DNA of 64,000 bases. Origin: Dicyema japonicum (taxonomy: Eukaryota > Animalia > Dicyemida). This document shows, one piece after another, positions 46,010-57,556 of this stretch. The stretch lies in contig RDEW01000001.1 in assembly GCA_011109175.1 (NCBI GenBank), positions 2,173,485-2,237,484 on the forward strand, written 5' to 3'. A model generated the notes under the pieces. It did not search any database, was not told the DNA's origin, and saw nothing but the letters and a program-made list of their open reading frames with translations. The stretch's first letter is position 1. Every line of letters starts with the position of its first letter. A program made the position numbers and the translations under genes.

Positions 46010-46275
46010 CCTTTTGACTGACTTTATGACCTATACCTTATTAATGCCTTACTTTACCTTAAGTAGTATTTTTTACACTCAGTGAATTCGCCTTGGGTTT
46101 GCAGCTGACTTCCCTTTTTGGTGTATTTTGAAAAATTCAGTTGCCAAACTGCGGTCGACTAAACTCTATTTGGTGGTTGGACTAGTTTTTATCAATTTTG
46201 GGAGATTGCGAACTGATTGAGATGCCTCTTGTGGTTTTTAATTTAGGACTAGTCTCTTATATGCTACTCTATTCC

Positions 46276-47011
46276 AAGTATGTCTAAAGACACGTGTGAA
46301 GATAGCGAAAATGTAATTTACGGTTAAGAGTTATTTAAATCAGAGCTGTAAAAAAAGTTTTTTTTCTAGTGGTGGTGTGTATTTCTGTTTTCACCAGTTT
46401 GCAAACAAATCCTGAAGGCCGTCTTACAGAGAATATTGAAGATAGAAACCAATTAGAAGTGTGTCTTCAGGACTACATGATGCCAACGGAACTAGCATAC
46501 GATCTTCTGTGGGAAATGTTCCTGATCATCTGCTGTCCCTCAAAACATTAATCACTGAGATTCGATCAGGTGACATGATCAAGTGGATCTCAATGGTTGT
46601 CAACTTTGCGAAAAGGAGATTCGGGAGAATCCCTTGGGTGGGTGAAGTCTCATCGTCCAGCAATTCAATGCTCGTTTCTCCACTCATAAAAGTGTACTCG
46701 GCGTTAGAAAATTATTGAATGTAAAGCCTAATAAAAAGACGCCCGTGGACCAGAAAAGTCGAGATGCTTTAATCGGATCAGGAGGCTCAGAGAACAACTT
46801 ACCAAAAACAGGAATTTCCAAATATGGAAGATGCAAAAAAAATTTTTATGTTCAAATTGAGAGAGTTAAATCAGTTTCCCGAGATGGAAGGAAACCCATC
46901 TCAAAAGATTACATAAAGTTGCTTAAAAAGGATGTTCTTGCTACATTAAATGCAGTGACATCAAATTATGTGTCATCATCTCCGCCAACGGACATGAATG
47001 AGATTACTTAA
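46276..47011 (+). CDS. Possible spliced or decayed hypothetical gene
   Basis: GC-elevated chain of short ORFs with a candidate first intron; no consistent splice model or family found. Confidence 0.25.
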
Positions 47012-47089
47012 ATTATAAGTAAATAAAATTATATTTTATTAATAAATATATAATTTTAATTTACACGTTTATTTACATTTTTTGTTGTG

Positions 47090-48520
47090 AATGGTTATTA
47101 ACTACGAAACAAAATTAACGATTGTTAAATTGATATTTAAGAAAAAATTATCTGAAAGACAGATAATAAAAAATACAAAAACTAGTAAAGGCATGATTTC
47201 GCGAATAAAAAAAACAATTGTACCTTTTCTTGAACAATGATGAGGATCTTATGCCTTATTGTAAGAAATCTAAATTCGATGATCAATATAAGGTCCTTTC
47301 ATAAAGAAAATTGCCTTATATACGGCTTCAAAAATTGGATTTGATACTTTCAAAGCTTCAAACGGCTGGCTTGACAGATTTAAAAAACGACATGAACTGA
47401 AATTCAAATCAATTTGTGGAGAAAAAAATTCATGTGAATTGACATACATCAATGAGTTTTTTTAAATTCTTGACGAGAAAATTATTCAATATGGAAGACA
47501 AAATGTTTTTAATTGTGATGAAACTGATCTTTATATAAAAAGGACTCCACGAAAGTCTTTTGTCGGAATAAATGACGATACTTATGGCCTCTAAACAGGG
47601 AAAAGAAAGAGTCACTGTACTTCTTTGTTGCAATTCCATGGGAATAACTTGAGCCATTGATTGTTGGAAAATTTAAAAACTTTCGATGTCTCAAAAATTT
47701 CAATGTGAAAGATTTTGGAATTTCATTTTCTAAAAATGCATGGATGACTGGAAATATTTTTATGAGCTAATTGACTCGGATAAATGAAAGATTTTATACA
47801 ATCAACAGAAAAGTATTAATATTGCTTGATAATGTGGGATGTCATAAAACTATTGAATGCTCAAATATTGAGTTTTTATTTTTGCCAAAAAATACAACAC
47901 CGTATTTGCAACCATTGGATATGGAATTATCAAGACCTTTAAAGATTATTACTCAAATTATCTGATTCAGTATTTGTGTTTTGAGGAGGATGATGAATTC
48001 AAACGGTTGATAAACAAAATAAACCTTCGTCATGTAATTCTGCTAATTTCTAAAAGCTGGGAAAAACTTGATCCAAGTTTGATATTTAATTGTTGGAATC
48101 AAATTGAAAAGATTTCGTTGATTCCGTAAAAATTGAAGATACCATTACAGAAGAAATGATCAACAATGCGTAAACGAAACATTGAATGGGGAAAGTGACG
48201 AATTCGTTGATAATATTTTACAACGAAGGTTTAGAAAACAATAACATGGAAACAATTCTAAAAACGAAAGATTCTCTTGATCAGTTAGAGAAGAAATTTT
48301 TTTACATATCTTCTGAATTGCTCACAGAATGTTACGATTTTCGACTTAATTTTATGAAAATGTAAGAAGTAAAAGATAACTGGGGATAAATTAACTTATT
48401 ATTTTTCTAAAATTGATTTTTGATGTTTAAAATCTCTGTTTTTATTAAACCCCTGTTTTTGGGGAACCCCCGCTTTTTGGGGCCACTTGGTGCCCCAATT
48501 CGGGGTCGGACTTTACAGAG
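47090..48520 (+). mobile_element. Tigger/pogo-like (CENP-B HTH + DDE_1) transposase relic
   Basis: FKASNGWLDRFKKRH...NVFNCDET.L...KERVTVLLCCN...NAWMT...KVLILLDNVGCH...FLPKNTTPYLQPLDMG with stops and frameshifts. Confidence 0.85.
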
Positions 48521-48959
48521 CACTTTCTAAGGGGTTCCCAATAAGAATACAACGTTTTACATAATCAACCTACGAGAATAATAAACACTAATTTATTAAA
48601 TGGCCACAGATTCACTTGAAAGAGGTTAGAGTTAATGTCTAATTAAGACATATCCAGTTTACACGGTCGAAGAGGAACACATCTTTTCCAAACATTATGT
48701 TCATACATATCCCCTATTGTGGAAATCTCCTTAGCGGAGTAAGGAAAATATAGATTGGGTGTCTTCCTAGACGACTGGATCGACTATCTCTCTTAAGATT
48801 TGATGAAGGCACAGAGCAGAACAGAGTCCTTAGACCAAGTAGGTAGCTGCTTGAGAATTGAGTAACATCACGAACCACTATTTTACGATTAACAAACATG
48901 AAATAGATCATCATCCTTAACTACTAAAAATTCTGAGCAAACAGTTAATATTATCAGAT

Positions 48960-49110
48960 TTTATAACGCCTACGACGCTGGAATTCTTAAGTCGTCTAGG
49001 GAATCGGATCGCTACATGAAAAGGAGACCCTCTGGCTATTCGAGCGGATCTGGCTCGCAATCCTGAAAGGGAATAGCCATGCAGTCAGGGCAGCCTCTAT
49101 AACCGTTTAC
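48960..49110 (+). mobile_element. CRE-like 3' fragment
   Basis: FLSRLGNRI...WLFERI.LAILKGNSHAVRAA; homologous to 12360-12500. Confidence 0.65.
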
Positions 49111-49299
49111 TCTATTTTATTTCTTCAATAATTAAATATTTTTTTAATAACAATAATAATTATATAATGGTGGTCACTACAGCTAAGTCAGTCATGCTGT
49201 CCCCACTCTGCTTAATAAAAAACGCTCAAATTAAATGTGGCTTATCAAAATATGCAAATTTACGCAAATCACGTCAATTTATTTGAATAGTCGATGAAT

Positions 49300-52200
49300 G
49301 AACGCTCACCCTTCGCTTTACGTCAAAATACCATATGTGCATCTACCACAAACAGGCGCATTGGACCTCCGGTTCTCCCCATTTGAACGGAGGTTTCTTG
49401 GTAAAAGGCTATCACCATGGACATACAAGACTCTATATTTGGAGGACTTGCTGCCACCCCTGGGCTCTCCCACGGACTAAAGCAGATAAATAATGCTGGG
49501 AGTCCGATTTTTTCGCCGATTGTCGACCAGTCAAGCCATCCATAGTTGGTTCCTTCCAACAGCCTTGTGCAGAACTATTTAATCCTTCCCTGCCAGCTAA
49601 TATCTGTTGACATAACGACCAAAGAAACCAATATGCCAAATATATCTTCAAAAACAGTTCGTCGAAAGCGCTGTGGTCGTTTTGGACCCTGCCAGATTCG
49701 CAAGAATTGTAACCAGTGTAAAAATATAAACGGAAAGTATTGAAGCAGTCTACAGAAAGTGCGTATATCTGCGTGACAGGCGGTATAGAATTTTCTCTCA
49801 AGTGGAGCCTTATCAATGGATTTCTGACTTGCCAACGTTGATCCCCAAGGATGTCTTCAGCTAAGACTGTCAGTTTCACTGATAAAAGTAAGAATGATTT
49901 ATATCACCGATTTTTACATGCTTAATATTATGTTAGACAGTCCACTGAGCACATTTAATGTAGTCTTCCCTCCAGATACTGTAATTCTCGACCTCTTCCC
50001 CACAGATTTAAGTTCCACTTTCATATCTTCATTGAATGCGGTTAACTGATGGCCTTCCATAGAGACTGAGAACAAATTGGTTGTCAAATACTCGAAAAAG
50101 TCCCGATATAGGCTTTCCCAGCAGTAGGGAATTGTTTGAATCCCTGATATTGAAGGTTTCACTGGTTTGTCCTAAAAATCTTGGCCTTGGAGGCCCCTCA
50201 AGCAGAAGGGGACCAAGTAATGCAACTTTGTGCGCGCAATTATTAGGTTAAGGGTCTCCAGTAGGCAGACTGTTGGGTTGAAACTGATCACCTCTTCCTC
50301 TAAGAGGCTAGTCTTCAGCAGAGCTAGAGAGATAATTCCCCTCTCTGTGAAGATTTAATATGCCTCTTTGAATGAGCTCGTAGGATACATATTTCTCCTT
50401 GTTTTCTTCAGCATTGAGGCTGAAAATGGGACGGAGAACAATTGGGAGATCACTTGGAAAAGGAAACGAGATTTTATGACCACAAATAAACTTCTGAACA
50501 ATAGGAACCTCCCATTCCGTTACATACTATTAAGCTAGGCCTCGCAGTCTTGTATCTTTTCCATTTCTGCTACCTCTTAGGCCTCTTCTAACGTGATGAA
50601 CAAATCCCAGCCATTTTTTAGACGATTTAAGACATGTTCCCAATAAAGAGGGAATATCCGTCCATCTCCATGGAAACCAAGATGTTCGAGTCGCTCCAAG
50701 GTTTTCTCGAAAGGTTCCCTCCACGGAAAGAGGGCATCCGTGAAATTTGTGATATTGACTCCACAATCGACCAGTTTGAGTTCATTCTTGAGGAGTTTCT
50801 TCGAGTGAGCTCGATATTTATCGAGGGGAATGATCGAGTTTTCCCATAGTCCTCCAGTGAACTCGATAGCTCGTTTCTGTGGATACTTTAAATGGAAATT
50901 TTAGTTCCTCCAAATAATCCGCTACATTTTGAAAAATAGTCAGAATTTTCAAAATTCCCCGCCAAATTTGAATTCAAGTTATTTCCAATCTTAATGGCTC
51001 CCACTAGAAACAGTCTTGCATCTTGACAATTCAGGTAAAGGATTCTAAGTAAACTGTGGATTTGATCTGTTGAGTCTTTGAAGTCCTCAATATTGAATAC
51101 AAACAGAATCAGAGCCTTAGAGGATTTGTACAACTGCAAAAATTCTACAAAGTTCTCCTGGAATTTAACATCGTACAGATAAAACGTATTTTGTTAGCCG
51201 AAAACAGTCTGAAGACGCCACAAACGTTGTGATTGTCTGTTATTGGGAGAAACTTTGAATTATGTTTGATGAGATTGCAAACTAAGCTAGTTTTCCAACT
51301 CTTTAAAGGGCCAATGACCAAAACCTGAAGAATTAAGAAATCTACCTTCCTCACACAGCCTTTGGATGCCTTCTGGACGGAACTATGCCTTAAATATTCA
51401 AAGAAGCAACTGGACGAATTTGACTTCCATAAGTTTTTCGGGACGCCCTTCAAGTAGTTTCCCATCAGCCAGAGTCCGGTTCTGGTAAAAACACAATCAA
51501 ACCTATCAATCCCTTGGAAGCTGTGCATATTTCTGATGTTAGATAGAAGATAAAGCTTCTCGGGGATGGTGGAAATGCTGTTGTCAGACAAATCTAGGGT
51601 CTTCAACAAAGTTTGCTCAGATATTGTCTCCGGAATTGAAGAGAGAGAATTTCCTCTAAGTAGGAAACGTCGAAGGTTCTTAAGAAATCCGATTTTGTGA
51701 GGCAAAACTTTCAGTTTATTGAAATTGAGGTCGAATTCTTCCAAAGTCTCAAAATTATTGATTTATTTCGTAAGCAGTTTTATCAAATTTCCCGCCAAAA
51801 AGAGCTTTCTTCTGCTTTTGATATAGTTCTCGCTGTCTGGGAAGACTTTAATTCTGTTATAGCTCATATCTAGGATTTACTTTCTTAAAAACATCAAACC
51901 TGTAGATTTTCTAAGGTTAGGAATACTTTAGTGACTTCTTGGAAGTAATTATGGTCCAAAATGAGCTCCATAAGTTCAAATGTTCGCACGGTGCCAACAC
52001 TATTTATAGAGATCCTGTCCAAACTGAGCTTCTGGAGAGCCTCACACTCAAAAATGAACTGAGGAAAGTGCTAGGAGTCCTGACCCGACCGGATTTTCCT
52101 CAACTGAGCCTCAGAGAAAGCTCCACATAGTTTACCCATGTCCATCTTAATATCTCTAAGCTACAAGGTAAGGAATCTGTTGTACCTTTGTAAGACTCTT

Positions 52201-52860
52201 TAGGGTGTCTGGAAATGACGATATTTTGCAACCCCATAAGATTAGGTTCATGAGGTCCAAACACTTACCAAAATCTAAAGGAAGGGAAGTGATCCCTGTG
52301 TGAGAGATATTGAAGCTGGTCATTGACTCTAAATATCCGACTTCTGGTAGGATTTCCAATAGTGAGTGGTAAACCTACCGAAAGCTTTGAGTTTTTCGAG
52401 AGGTCGAGGATTCTAAGAGACTTTAATATCCACACTGTGGGGGGCACATGAGTTAGGCTGCATTCAGAAAGGATTAAGGTCTTTAGATTGAGTTTGGCTA
52501 GCTCAGTCGGAAATCCCACGGTGTCTCCGGGATTCATACAATTGATAAAATTTTTTGTAAGATTGAGTTCCGATAGGTTTTTAAGGTTGATGACCTCAGT
52601 GGAGACCGATCTGAGGTTGTTGTTGCAAAGGATCAGCTTGGTTATGATCTCCTGTTCGTTTTCTGAATTTAGAGTGAGGGATACCGCTTTCTAGCATTTC
52701 TCTGATTCTGTTGATTCCCAGATTTGTGAAATCTAGGTGCTTATCCCCACTTTCTGTGTAGGAGTGTATCTGAATAGACTCTCGTTTGAGGTTAGAAGAA
52801 GCTAAGCTATAATAAGCTAAAACCCGCTGAGTTTAATCGCTTTTTGGATGGTTTTGCAGT
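49300..52860 (-). pseudogene. Unprocessed LRR-ROC-COR (Roco; MFHAS1/LRRK-like) pseudogene
   Basis: Multiple LRRs (LKVLPHKIGFLKNLRRF, LDLSDNSISTIP), degenerate P-loop GPLKSWKTSL, LILFVFN...LFLVG and COR-like ITLEEA. In-frame TAG/TAA, at least one frameshift and retained 21-25 nt introns. Confidence 0.75.
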
Positions 52861-55054
52861 CAAATGTCGATTTGTCACAAACAATGCTTAGCAACTATTT
52901 AATTGGTTTTAAAAGTAATAAATTTTAATGAGGGACTAAAGGCATTAAGCCCTCATGATCTCACAAGACCAATAAGAACCTCCATCATTGGTAGTTGTTA
53001 GGACCGGTTTCTTTCACTTGAAGGGAATGGGAGTAAATATATCACAAGATCAATTTTTGGAAGTGATTTTATGCAGTCCTGGATTTTCTTTTCTGTATTT
53101 CAGCATGCCAGCTGATCTTGATAAAATCCATCGTACCTGGCCCAAACAGTTCAGGTGTCCCAAAAGGGATCGGCTAAATATTTAATGATTTGGAAAAAAG
53201 TCTCTTCAGTTACGTTATTTTTGACAATAATTTGTGTCTTTTCTCGCATCAAATTTAATGCCTCACCAACTTCTAAAGAAATATTTAGCCTTTAGTTGAT
53301 ATTATTATAGGCAATTATCGTAGAAACATAATTGTTATATTTCCACACGTGCACTTAAAGCGAGTTTTCGGATCAATCTCGTCCATCCTCCCCTGTTACA
53401 CGCCAAACTTCTCATAGCATCCAGATCCTCCCCACTTAAGAGCCTCCGGTTGATTGCCTTGAGATCCTCATCCAGCATCCCCGGTAGCGTAGTACGCGGG
53501 CGCTCCCGATATTTCTTTCCACTTGCAGCGAAATATTTCTCCATTGCCAAATTTGCAGGTGATGTGGAGTCCATCCGTAGGACTTGTCCAAACAATCTCC
53601 ATCGGGCCTCCACCACATCCCAAGTCACAGGTTGCGTTGAGCACTTTCGGTACAGTGCCTCATTGTTGATCCGTGTCGGCCATTGTACCCCGTATACCAT
53701 TCGTAATTGCCTTCAGTGGAAGGAGTTAAGATTTTTGGTTTCTGAGACCGAGATCCCCCAGCAGGAAGAGTTATACTGCAGGACCGGCTTCACGAAAGCA
53801 TTATAGAGGCGCAAACGAAGCGCGATCGTTACCGGTCTTTTAGCCAACCAATCCGTTTTCATCCTGTTCAGTGCGACTGTCGATAGTACTTTCCTCTGGG
53901 TGATGTCCTCACTGTCCCCGAGGAGGGAGCCGAGCTTTCTGGAACGTCTCCATCCCTCTTCCAATGTTGATCCTATGCGTACGATTTCCACAATTTCAGT
54001 TTTGGTTGTATTCACAGTAAGAAACCATTTCCCAAGCTCTGCAGGGGCAACGTCAAGTAACCACCTCAAGGTTGCTTTATCTTCCGATATGAAATCCTCA
54101 TCATCAGCATATATAATTTCGGTGATTTGGCCATTATAAAAACTTCTAAGATCACGCAGTGCTACCTCCAGGTATACTACAAACAGCAAAGGGAATTCCC
54201 CCTGGGGGGTACCCGCAGTCGTCGAAAAATTTCTAGACGACGTACTCCCAACTCGTACCGTCAGTTCTGTGTTCGACAATAAAACTTCTATCATCCTGAC
54301 AGAATCCCTATTAAGGAATCCCCGCAAAGCATCAATAAGCTTTCCTCGGCGAATTGTGTCGAAAGCTCTCGACATGTCGATCCCCAAAATAGTAGTCGCA
54401 CTCTCAAATCTTTGTAATGACACAATGACACAACGCCACCTATGCCCTAGACCACATCAGTCTGCCTGTCCTGAATCCACTGTGGCTCGATGACAGGAAT
54501 TCATTCACAAGCTCTTGCACACGATCCACCACCACCAGAGCAAGAACCTTTCTTAGCGTATTGAGTAGGATGACTGGGCGCAGGTTTTCAACAGGGCCCG
54601 CCCTCTTATTAGGGTTTTGAATCGGCACCAGAATTCCTTTGCCCAACGGAAGATGGTCGTTAGTTGCAAACATTTCGTTTAATACTTTGGCCACGATTTC
54701 CACCAGGTTTTGGGGCCACAATTCAGTAACTCTGCACTTATGCCATACGGTCCTGACGAGCGATTGCACTTTAGTCTCTCTATTACTTTCATAACTTCTC
54801 CCACCGTAATTTCATTTACAAGATTTGCTGCATTACCAGTGTTTGGGTCCTACCTTTTCCCCGTCAACGTCAAAGAGTCGTTCAAAATGAGCAGCAATAA
54901 ATTCGGCTTGTTCCGTAGCGTCAAAAATCACATTCCCTTCGTTATCCTGAATTTTTATTTTGCCATTTTGGTTCCTCCTCTTAAGCAGGCGCATTGGCAA
55001 GAACATCTGCGCACAATCATTTAGATTCTCCACTTCCTGGCATCCAAAATGTAA

Positions 55055-55380
55055 TAAATAGCCGTGTGGCGCCATGTGGTGCTGCGTGGTTAATTGGTTG
55101 AAGTTTTCTGCTTGCTTGTCTGTTCCTCCTCTCTCTTCCTATTAGAGTGGCGTCATGTGATCCACCTGTCTAGGTGACGCCCAGTGCCAGGCCGGCACGA
55201 AAAAGGATCATTTGCTCTTCCCCACTCTACTGGAGGGGTTTCCACAACTGCATGTAATAGACGTCTTACCTTTTATGCTGATTCCGGATGGACTCTGTAG
55301 AAGTGGAAACTGGATACACTTAATTAGTTGTTTACTTTAACTTCTTTCTCGGTGTATCCGGGGTTAATAAATTAAAAATT
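55055..55380 (+). mobile_element. Non-coding RIME-like SINE: family A 5' pseudoknot plus family A 3' stem-loop and tail
   Basis: Interrupts the RTE reading frame; contains the pseudoknot (55149-55210), ATG immediately followed by TGA, CTGGATACAC(55310-55319)...GTGTATCCGG(55352-55361) and a TAATAAATTAAAAA tail. A possible degenerate TSD is ATC(C)AAAA(T/C)GT. Confidence 0.75.
55149..55210 (+). ncRNA. Putative HDV-like ribozyme (copy 2)
   Basis: GGCGUCA UG UGAUCC ACC UGUCUA GGU GACGCC CAG UGCC AGGCC GGCA CGAAAAA GGAUCA. Confidence 0.65.
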
Positions 55381-56622
55381 AATCAAAACGTTTGCAACAT
55401 GTTCACTTTTTAATTTTCAGATTTTTCTCTGTATCCTGGTACGGTTCGACTGTAAAAAGCATTTCCTGTTTGTGTTCGTAATGTTCTCTAGCGATAGTCG
55501 AAGATCCTTCTGTTTTGTAGCTATTGCGGGAACATCGGGGTGGCCCTGCTCGGTACCTCGTGCGTTGTGCGGTCGACTCTTAATTTGTTCGTCTGGAGCC
55601 ATGTGAATTCTTTCCATTGTACGTGTCCAAGTGACTCCCGGAGGAAGGCATGTCTCTATTGCTCGTAGATAATGTTCCATAGATGCTCGATAGATATTTC
55701 GAGTTTAGTGTGAATAACATCTCGATTTGGTATCCTCTCCGTATGACCTGAGATGGCTTTGTTCTTGAAATGCGTGCATAGCGACTTGTAATATCAAATA
55801 GGGCCACGACGATCTTGTAGTCGCTTTCCACGACGTCCCCATCGTATGACCTCGAGTTCAGTAATAGTGTTCTATCTTTCTGTCGGCAAAGAATGTAATC
55901 AATCCGATTGTAAATCATCACATGGCCCCCAGATTTATTTCTTCTGCAGCTCGTCCAGGTAGTCTTATGTCTTGCAGCATGACCAAACACAGTGTTATAC
56001 AGCAATAGACCAAATGCCCGGCAGAAATTTATCAGGCAGGTTCTTGATCTCTCTTCCGTTTCTTCCGATAGTCGACTCATGTTCCCGAGGTACTCCTGCT
56101 TTAGCATTCCAGTCTCCGGCAATTAAAACTAGAAAAGACGATTCCAGTTCGACATATGTCCTCGACAGCTGCACATAGAAAGCGTCAAGTTCGTCCGAAT
56201 CTTTGGCGACCTGTCCACTGTGAGGTGCATAAACATTTATAATTGAGATACGGGCACTCGACGTGCGTTTGAGCCCAACCCGTATTTGCAGTATGCTAGT
56301 TCTGTCGTTAACACTCCAACACCGATGTATTCCACGAACAAGTTTCTTGTGCATGGCAAACCCTTGTCCATAGTGTCTTGATGACGATGGTAGTAAAATG
56401 AGTCTATAGTCTCAATGTAGCTCGTCCATTCCAGCCTGTACTTTTGTCTCTTGTAGGCATCCCACGTCTGCAACATATCTCCCCAATTCCGAACATAACA
56501 GGTTTCTTTTCCACTCCTTGCTGATCCCTCTTACATTGAAAAATGTTATTTTAAGCTCCTCCAAGCGCTTTAAGTGCGTTTCAGACATTTGTGCAATAGA
56601 GATGTCGTCACCATCTCAACCA

Positions 56623-56775
56623 ATTATTATTAAAAGCACTTTCACAGAACCAAAGAACGTTATATTAACTAAGGTCCCGTTTGTGTCACACGTTTCAAAA
56701 TCTGCTTCACTAGGCGTCTCCATCGCCCTCTGCTTTGCGCATCGTTCCTTAGATCTTCTAGGTCTACTGCAGATT
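56623..56775 (-). mobile_element. RTE-like 3' fragment in head-to-tail tandem with the 53300-56622 element
   Basis: KLKSAVDLEDLRNDAQSRGRWRRL and tail GAAAAGTGCTTTTAATAATAAT. Confidence 0.7.
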
Positions 56776-56784
56776 TAAGTTTTT

Positions 56785-57344
56785 TTCCGATTATTATTAC
56801 CTCCAGGATCACTGGGTCAAAGAAAAGAAATAAAAGGTTCTCAAATAACTAAGTGATTCCAGACCGACAAGGGAGAGGACGAGTCCGGTGGGGTCGAGAA
56901 TCATGAACAGCTCTTCTCATTGGACATGGCTCAAAATTTCTGAATGATTGTAGATAAATCGATAGTGTATGGAATAGAATGCAGCTCGGTGAACTAGCCT
57001 CCTTTAAGAGTTTCCGTTGTAATTCGATTAAGAGATTTTCAATGGGCTGGATTTTGTGTTCTGGTACAAATATCCTTATTGCGGTCTCCACGATTGCGGA
57101 TAGTTTCAATGAGAAAATCGTGAAGTCTGCAGTGCTAACGAAGGACTTCGTGGTCGGATAAATTGTTCATAAATCGTGGCAAGGCCACCAGTTTGGTCTC
57201 TAAGTGTTTTTGAGAGCAATAATAAAATTCTCATTTTCCTCAGAGCAGAAGTTACTACGTTCTCAACATGTCGGATAAAGGTGAGTCCCTGATCAAAGGT
57301 TCTCATGTCTGATAAGGTGAGTTCTTCCAATTCCACCTCAACCA
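56785..57344 (-). mobile_element. Family A LINE 3' fragment
   Basis: TFDQGLTFIRHVENVV...IYEQFIRP; stem CTGGAATCACT...AGTGATCCTGG; (TAA)n tail. Confidence 0.75.
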
Positions 57345-57462
57345 TATTATTAAGGCACTTTCACGAAAGCCATAATGATTATAGCCCCGCATGTGCAACA
57401 CTCAAAGAAACAATATTTATAGTTAGTCTTTTCCATCTTCCTCTGTCGAATGCGAGTGATCT
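57345..57462 (-). mobile_element. 118-bp RTE-like 3' fragment flanked by an 8-bp direct repeat
   Basis: LAFDRGRWKRL plus tail; CTCAACCA at 57337-57344 and 57463-57470. Confidence 0.7.
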
Positions 57463-57556
57463 CTCAACCAATATTGTTTAAAAAAATAAAATATATATAA
57501 GAAATAATTCAATATCAGTTAAATTAAATTTTAATTTAAAAAACGTGTTTGTTTGT

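Larger units (their letters stand above)
53300..56622 (-). mobile_element. Second RTE-like subfamily, full-length but decayed, carrying a SINE insertion
   Basis: Leader TTGGTTGAGATGGTGACG...TTGCACAAATG; APE (CLQETK, INVYAPH, AGDWNAK, RIDYI), RT (LRPVILL, IDMSRAFDTIRR, PQG, YADD) and C-terminus (VLQYNSSCW, RWRLFGQVLR); many frameshifts. Confidence 0.9.

Noticed and set aside
51770-52070. Several in-frame TAA/TAG in the Roco gene, suggesting stop-codon reassignment
   Set aside because: Conserved neighbours (MECR, MRPS14, MED6, chitinase, GTF3C5) have no internal stops and end in TAA or TGA. The same gene also has a frameshift and a broken P-loop, so pseudogenisation explains it.
52357-52378. 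Apparent 22-nt GT-TG non-canonical intron
   Set aside because: It lies in a pseudogene, so a decayed AG acceptor is more parsimonious; a canonical 31-nt alternative also exists.
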